From: Parcubacteria group bacterium Gr01-1014_30
Lineage (GTDB): Bacteria > Patescibacteriota > Minisyncoccia > Minisyncoccales > 2-12-FULL-40-12
Direction of reading: 5' to 3'
Assembly (NCBI GenBank): GCA_007376185.1
Contig: VMFS01000007.1
Coordinates: forward strand, 1,390-65,389
DNA length: 64,000 nucleotides
Each line of letters starts with the position of its first letter. Position 1 is the first letter of the stretch. A program made the position numbers and the translations under genes. The notes under the pieces are model-generated. The model searched no databases. It saw only the letters and a list, made by a program, of their open reading frames with translations, and had not been told where the DNA came from. This document shows positions 58,834-64,000 of the stretch, one piece after another.

Positions 58834-60587
58834 ATCCTGAAACAAGAACTTGTCAGAACTGTAAAAACGAGTTCACGATTGAGCCGGAGGATTTTAATTT
58901 TTACGAAAAAATCAAGGTGCCTGCTCCGACTTTTTGTCCCACTTGCCGTATGCAGAGAAGATTCGCTTGGCGGAACGAAAGAAATCTCTATCGTGGAAAA
59001 GATAGAGCAACGGGAAAAGAAGTTTTTACCGGGATTCCGCCTCATTCGCCACTCATGATTTATGAAATTGAGTACTGGCGTTCCGATGCCTGGGATTCAT
59101 TACAATACGGCAGGTCCTACGATTTCTCTCGTCATTTTTTTGAACAATTAAAGGAACTCATCTATGCGGTGCCTTGGCCGTCCCGGAGCGTGTATAATAT
59201 AAAGAACTCCGACTACTCCGACCAAGCCGGGCACCTGAAAAATTGCTATCTTTGTTTCAACCTTGATTACACCGAGGATTCGGTTTACAGCGTGAAAGCC
59301 CCGAACTGCAAGCACGTTATTGACGTTTTTGAAGTGCATCACAGCGAGCTATGTTATGACAGCGTAAACATAACGGAGTGTTCCCGCACTTTTTACTCGG
59401 CTGATTGCGATTCATGCCTTGATGTTTGGTTTTCAAAAAACCTTGTGGGTTGCAACAATTGCGTGGGCTGCGTGAATCTTCGGAACAAGTCCTATCACAT
59501 CTTTAATGCGCCTTACTCAAAGGAAGACTATAAGAAAAAACTTGAAGCGATGAACTTTCGTTCAAGGCAAGGAGTGGAAGAAATTAAAAAACAGGTGTAC
59601 GACTTTTGGTTGCAGTACCCGGTAAAGTTTATGCGCGGCTTGCGGAATTTGAATTCAACAGGCGAGGCATTGCGTAACACAAAAAACGCCAGGGATTGCT
59701 ACATGGTTCAGGATGCCGAAAACGTCAAATACGTACAAATGACATATATTGGCACTACCGATTCGTGGGATTACTCGGTGTGGGGCAATAAATCGGCTAG
59801 GATGTATGAGACGCTTGTATGCGGTGATGAGTGCGACAGTTTGCGTTTTTCTTTCGACTGCTGGCCGGCCTGCCGTAATCTTGAATATTGCGTGGCGTGC
59901 CGTTCTTCAGCTGATTGTTTTGGTTGCGTTGGGCTAAAGAAAAAGCAGTATTGCATTTTCAATAAGCAATACTCAAAGGAGGAATACGAAGCCCTCCGTG
60001 AAAAAATCATCTCCCACATGAACGAAATGCCCTATGTGGATAGTAAAGGCATAGTTTATAAATACGGCGAGTTTTTGCCTACGGAATTTTCACCATTTGC
60101 ATTCAACGAAACAATGCTTGCTGACTATTTCCCGCTATCCAAAGACGAGGCGATTGCCAAAGGATATAAATGGAAGGATCCCGAGCTGCGTGAGTATCAA
60201 ATTACAATGAGCGCAGAAAAAATACCCGACTCGATTGACGAAACAACAGATGAAATTCTAAAAGAGATTTTGCAGTGCGCCTCCTGCAAACGTGCGTTCC
60301 GCATCGTGCGCCAGGAACTTGACTTTTACCGTCGGATCGGCATACCGCTCCCGAACCTTTGTCATAACTGCCGTTATCTAGCGCGATTTGGACTTATAAA
60401 CAGACCGAAGTTTTATACTCGTTCTTGCCACTGCGGAGGCCAAAAGTCGCAAAGCGGCATATATCAAAATACCGCTAAGCACTTCCACGGCCAAGACCCC
60501 TGTCCCAACGAGTTTGAAACGAGCTATGCCCCTGAGCGTCCGGAAATAGTTTACTGTGAGAAATGTTATCAGTCAGAAGTGGTATGA
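58830..60587 (+). CDS. cysteine-rich multi-zinc-ribbon protein, paralog 5
   Basis: 585 aa. CQNCKNEFTIEPEDFNFYEKIKVPAPTFCPTCR. C-terminus HFHGQDPCPNEFETSYAPERPEIVYCEKCYQSEVV. Confidence 0.8.
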   Translation: MNPETRTCQNCKNEFTIEPEDFNFYEKIKVPAPTFCPTCRMQRRFAWRNERNLYRGKDRATGKEVFTGIPPHSPLMIYEIEYWRSDAWDSLQYGRSYDFSRHFFEQLKELIYAVPWPSRSVYNIKNSDYSDQAGHLKNCYLCFNLDYTEDSVYSVKAPNCKHVIDVFEVHHSELCYDSVNITECSRTFYSADCDSCLDVWFSKNLVGCNNCVGCVNLRNKSYHIFNAPYSKEDYKKKLEAMNFRSRQGVEEIKKQVYDFWLQYPVKFMRGLRNLNSTGEALRNTKNARDCYMVQDAENVKYVQMTYIGTTDSWDYSVWGNKSARMYETLVCGDECDSLRFSFDCWPACRNLEYCVACRSSADCFGCVGLKKKQYCIFNKQYSKEEYEALREKIISHMNEMPYVDSKGIVYKYGEFLPTEFSPFAFNETMLADYFPLSKDEAIAKGYKWKDPELREYQITMSAEKIPDSIDETTDEILKEILQCASCKRAFRIVRQELDFYRRIGIPLPNLCHNCRYLARFGLINRPKFYTRSCHCGGQKSQSGIYQNTAKHFHGQDPCPNEFETSYAPERPEIVYCEKCYQSEVV

Positions 60588-60739
60588 AGACGAGGCAAAG
60601 AATCTAGAATTCAGAGTATAGAATCTAGAAGGGGAATACGGGGTATAGAATAAAGGAAACGCTCCTGAATTCTCTATTCTAAATTCCCATTCTATATTCA
60701 AGATTCCAAATTCTAAAAATTGATGTATAATACGGTATT
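60588..60739. repeat. AT-rich imperfect palindromic element upstream of pgk
   Basis: Arms built from tagaat/attcta-type units. The right half (tattctaaattcccattctatattc) is homologous to the right half of 61907-62037. Confidence 0.5.
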
Positions 60740-61906
60740 ATGTTCAAGACGCTAAAGGATTTTGACTTTAAAGGCAAAGCAGCTTTGGTTAGGTGCGATT
60801 TTAACGTGCCTTTGGACGAAAAAGGCGGCATTTTGAACGATTTTCGGATAAAGCAGAGCTTGCCGACAATTGACTACTTGCTCAAACAAAAGGCGAAAAT
60901 AGTTTTAATGAGCCACTTGAGAAGGCCCAAAGGCAAGGTCGTGGAGGGTTTGCGGTTGGATAAAGTTCGTGATAGATTGGCGAAATATCTTGGCGTCTCT
61001 GTAGATAAGGCAGACGACTGCGTGAGTGAGGAAGTTAAAGACCGCGCCGCTAAAATGCGACAAGGCGACGTTTTGCTTTTGGAGAACTTGCGCTTTCACA
61101 GGGAAGAAGAGTTAAACGACGATAGATTTGCCAAGCAACTCGCCGAGCTTGGCGACGTTTACGTTAACGACGCTTTTGGAATGTGCCACAGGGCTCACGC
61201 TTCAATAGTGGGGCCTCCAAAATACTTGCCTTCTTGCGCAGGCCTTTTGCTCGAAAGAGAAGTTAAGGTGCTTTCCCGTGTATTGGACAAACCTTGGCGC
61301 CCGTTGGTGGTTGTTGTGGGCGGGGCCAAAATTGACAGCAAAACCGACGTTCTTGAAAGGTTCTTGAAAAGCGCAGACCACGTGCTCGTTGGCGGCCAGG
61401 TGGCCAACGTGATGATGCAAGCAAAGGGAATAATTGTGGGTAGGCCTTCTCTTGAACCTGAACTTGCAAAAAAAATTGAAAAAATTGATTTAACCTCACC
61501 CAAACTGCATTTGCCCGTTGACGGCGTAATAACGCTGGAAAGCAGGCAGGAAAATTACTCCAGAATCGGAGGCATAGGAGATGTTCGCAAAGAAGAGTCG
61601 GTGTTTGACATAGGACCTGAAACGATTAAAGTTTTTGCAGAAATCATCAAGGAGGCCAAAATGATTCTTTGGGCTGGTCCTCTGGGAATGTTTGAGGAAA
61701 AGCAGTTTGAAAAAGGAACCAAGGAAGTTGGCCAGAGCATTGCCAGAAATCACTCGGCTTTCAAAGTGGCTGGCGGAGGCGACACGCATGAGGCCTTGAT
61801 CAAGTTTAATTTGGCCGACAAGTTTGACCACGTTTCAACAGGAGGGGGCGCGATGCTGGAGTTTGTGTCGGGGAAAAAACTGCCCGGGCTGGAAGCGTTA
61901 AAGTAA
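60740..61906 (+). CDS. pgk: phosphoglycerate kinase
   Basis: VRCDFNVPL, MSHLRRPKG, NLRFH.EE, VNDAFGMCHRAHAS and STGGGAMLEF. Confidence 0.9.
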   Translation: MFKTLKDFDFKGKAALVRCDFNVPLDEKGGILNDFRIKQSLPTIDYLLKQKAKIVLMSHLRRPKGKVVEGLRLDKVRDRLAKYLGVSVDKADDCVSEEVKDRAAKMRQGDVLLLENLRFHREEELNDDRFAKQLAELGDVYVNDAFGMCHRAHASIVGPPKYLPSCAGLLLEREVKVLSRVLDKPWRPLVVVVGGAKIDSKTDVLERFLKSADHVLVGGQVANVMMQAKGIIVGRPSLEPELAKKIEKIDLTSPKLHLPVDGVITLESRQENYSRIGGIGDVRKEESVFDIGPETIKVFAEIIKEAKMILWAGPLGMFEEKQFEKGTKEVGQSIARNHSAFKVAGGGDTHEALIKFNLADKFDHVSTGGGAMLEFVSGKKLPGLEALK

Positions 61907-62037
61907 TTCGAGAATAAAGAATACTGAATAAAGAATTAAGGGTAAGAATGCAGGGTTCAGAATAAAGGGTTCCCTGTATTCTATATTCTAAATCCCCATT
62001 CTGTATTCTGAATTCTTTATTCTTAATTCTAAATAAA
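61907..62037. repeat. AT-rich imperfect palindromic element downstream of pgk
   Basis: gaataaagaat...agggttccct...attctttattc. Shares tattctaaatccccattctgtattc with the element at 60588-60739, in the same orientation. Confidence 0.5.
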
Positions 62038-63210
62038 ATGGAGATTAAGAACTTAAAACGAGCGGCTCAACGGATTTCCAAGGCAATTAAAAACAAGGAG
62101 CGTATTATTTTATACGGCGATGCCGATTTGGACGGCACCGCCTCGGTTATTATTTTGAAAGAAACCATAGCCAATCTCGGCGGCGAGGTTGCGGCTGTTT
62201 ACTTTCCTGACAGGGAAAAAGAGGGCTATGGTTTGAATTCTTCGGCACTCGAGCACTTACGCAAGTTTTCTCCGGCGCTTTTAATACTTCTTGATTGCGG
62301 CATAAGCAATTTTGAAGAAACCGAGGCGGCAAAGAAGTTGGGTTTTGAAGTGGCGATTATTGACCACCACGTGCCTCTGGAAAAACTGCCCAAAGCAAAA
62401 ATTGTGGTTGACCCGAAACAGAAAGGGGACAAGGGTTTTAAGGATTACGCCGCGGCGGGATTAGCTTTCAAACTCTCTGAAGCATTGCTTAAGGAAAAAC
62501 TGGGTGACTCGTTAAAAGGAAACTTTTTGGAACTTGCGGCTTTAGCTACCATTGCTGATATGATGCCAGAAACTGACGAAAATAAGCTGATAGTGGATGA
62601 AGGGATTTTTCACTTGGAGCAAACTTTCAGACCCGGTTTAAGAGTTTTTTTAGATGCAGATGAAATTAAAAATATGGGTGATGTCCGCCAAAGGACTCAG
62701 GAGATTATTTCATTTTTAAACATAGTTGATCCGACACAAGATCACTTAAACGGGACTTATCTTATTTTGTCGGCCTCATCGGTTGACGAGGCAAGAAGTT
62801 TGCTTTCGGGCCTTGCGGCAAAACGCGAAGAAAAGCGCGCCCAAGTCAGAGAAGTAACTTCTCAAGTCCAGGAAAAAGTTGTTCAAAAGCCGGAACAGAA
62901 AATCGTTTTTGAAGGAGGTTCTTTTTGGCCCGTGGCGCTTTTGGGCTCTGTTGCTTCAAGGATTTGCAGTTCTCAGGGCAAGCCGACTTTCATATTCAGC
63001 CAAAAATCACAAGAGAGCAGGGGAGCGGTTAGGACAGGTTCGGATGTTGACGCGGTTGAGCTTATGAAAAAATGCGCAAAGCATCTTTTGGGCTTTGGCG
63101 GTCATCCCCGCGCCGCCGGTTTCCTTGTGAAAAACGAAAACTTGGAAGAATTCAAGCAATGCCTCCTACGAAACTACGAAATTTTTACGAAAGTACGAAA
63201 AAATAAATAG
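62038..63210 (+). CDS. recJ: DHH/DHHA1 phosphoesterase, RecJ-like (short form)
   Basis: ILYGDADLDGTASVIIL, LLILLDCG, IIDHHVP, TIADMMP and GGHPRAAG. Confidence 0.75.
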   Translation: MEIKNLKRAAQRISKAIKNKERIILYGDADLDGTASVIILKETIANLGGEVAAVYFPDREKEGYGLNSSALEHLRKFSPALLILLDCGISNFEETEAAKKLGFEVAIIDHHVPLEKLPKAKIVVDPKQKGDKGFKDYAAAGLAFKLSEALLKEKLGDSLKGNFLELAALATIADMMPETDENKLIVDEGIFHLEQTFRPGLRVFLDADEIKNMGDVRQRTQEIISFLNIVDPTQDHLNGTYLILSASSVDEARSLLSGLAAKREEKRAQVREVTSQVQEKVVQKPEQKIVFEGGSFWPVALLGSVASRICSSQGKPTFIFSQKSQESRGAVRTGSDVDAVELMKKCAKHLLGFGGHPRAAGFLVKNENLEEFKQCLLRNYEIFTKVRKNK

Positions 63211-63262
63211 TTGAATAATCACACTTTCGTATTTTCGTATTTTTTTCGTAATTTCGTAGACC

Positions 63263-63706
63263 ATGAAAAAGATAATTATCTACACGGATGGAGGGTCTCG
63301 CGGCAACCCCGGGCCTTCAGCCATAGGAGTTGTTTTTTGCAACGAAAGGGGACAGGTTATTAAAAAATACGGAGAGTATTTGGGCGAGGCCACCAACAAC
63401 GAAGCCGAATACCAAGCCGTGATTTTTGCTTTGAAAAAGTTTAAAGCGCTTTTTGGCGGAAAGCTTGCCAAAAGCAGCGAAATTGAATTGCGAGTCGACT
63501 CGGAGCTGTTGATTAAGCAGTTAAATGGAGAGTATAAAATTTTGGAGCCGAAAATCCAGCAACTTTTTATTGCGGTCTGGAACTTAAAACTGGATTTCAA
63601 GAGAGTTAAGTTCAAATACGTGTCGCGCGAGAACAACAAAGAAGCCGATAAACTGGTTAACGAAGCGCTTGACAGCCAAGGTAAAAATCTGCTACTATTA
63701 CCTTAG
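63263..63706 (+). CDS. rnhA: ribonuclease HI
   Basis: IYTDGGSRGNPGPSAIG, TNNEAEYQAVIFAL, DSELLIKQLNGEYK and RENNKEADKLVNEA. Confidence 0.8.
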   Translation: MKKIIIYTDGGSRGNPGPSAIGVVFCNERGQVIKKYGEYLGEATNNEAEYQAVIFALKKFKALFGGKLAKSSEIELRVDSELLIKQLNGEYKILEPKIQQLFIAVWNLKLDFKRVKFKYVSRENNKEADKLVNEALDSQGKNLLLLP

Positions 63707-63708
63707 CT

Positions 63709-64000
63709 CAAGTAGGCAAGGCAATCGCCCCCATACCAGAATTTGGTGTAGGGGAGGAAAGTCCGAACTTCTATTTTCGTTCTCTGAACGAATCTAAAAG
63801 GGTAGCGGGTAACGCCCGTCCGTAGCGATGCGCGAGATGCGAACAGAGACGCTGGAGCCCGAAAAGGCCAGGATCCGAGTTTATCTCGGATAGTCCTCGA
63901 ATAAACTTGGGGCTTGCCCCGAGCGAAGCGAGGAGTGAAACGGCTAAACTCTTACCCGGAAGCAAGAACAAGTCAGAAGTTCTGGTTTCATCTGGAGCTT
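63709..64000 (+). ncRNA. rnpB: RNase P RNA (bacterial type), 3' end beyond window
   Basis: ggcaaggcaatcgccccc...gggGAGGAAAGTCCGaac (the P4 strand) and agggtagcgggtaacgcccgtc (the P10-P12 region). Truncated by the window edge. Confidence 0.8.

Overview
This 64-kb window looks like a streamlined, mostly + strand bacterial genome of the CPR/Patescibacteria (Parcubacteria-like) type; that placement is inferred from gene content only. The housekeeping backbone comprises infA-rpmJ-rpsM-rpsK-rpsD-rpoA-rplQ, rplM, secA, secD/secF, alaS, pgk, ndk, a recJ-like gene, rnhA, a partial RNase P RNA, pyrE/pyrF/prs/pyrD, deoC/gnd/rpiB, a Cu-type P1B ATPase, and a pdaD / ATP-grasp / deoxyhypusine-synthase-like / agmatinase cluster.

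The main finding is an expanded family of about 570-610 aa cysteine-rich multi-zinc-ribbon proteins of unknown function. There are five intact paralogs (17476, 28292, 51843, 55024, 58830) plus two gene fragments.
- One paralog closes a translationally coupled operon of small TM protein, 449-aa membrane protein and TraD/HerA-like P-loop ATPase. A second, rearranged ATPase copy follows another paralog.
- Three paralogs and one fragment start at or within 2 nt of the stop codon of a toxin-antitoxin module.
- The conserved 3' end of the family is rearranged: a 99-nt block is identical between two loci, and one locus carries three copies of the terminal motif around an inserted HigBA cassette.

Other notable signals:
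- A HigB / HTH-ImmA / Beta(sce7725)-like / sce7726-like module at the left edge.
- A duplicated, promoter-equipped structured leader RNA upstream of two small genes, one copy next to copA.
- Short palindromic insertions that stay in frame inside copA, secA, alaS, rpiB and a sigma-like gene.
- A perfect 26-bp hairpin plus an apparently leaderless uORF over the secA start codon.
- Several families of intergenic inverted repeats and heptamer arrays.
- An AT-rich HNH/TA islet at the secA 3' end.

All functional calls rest on motif recognition by eye. No database search was run.
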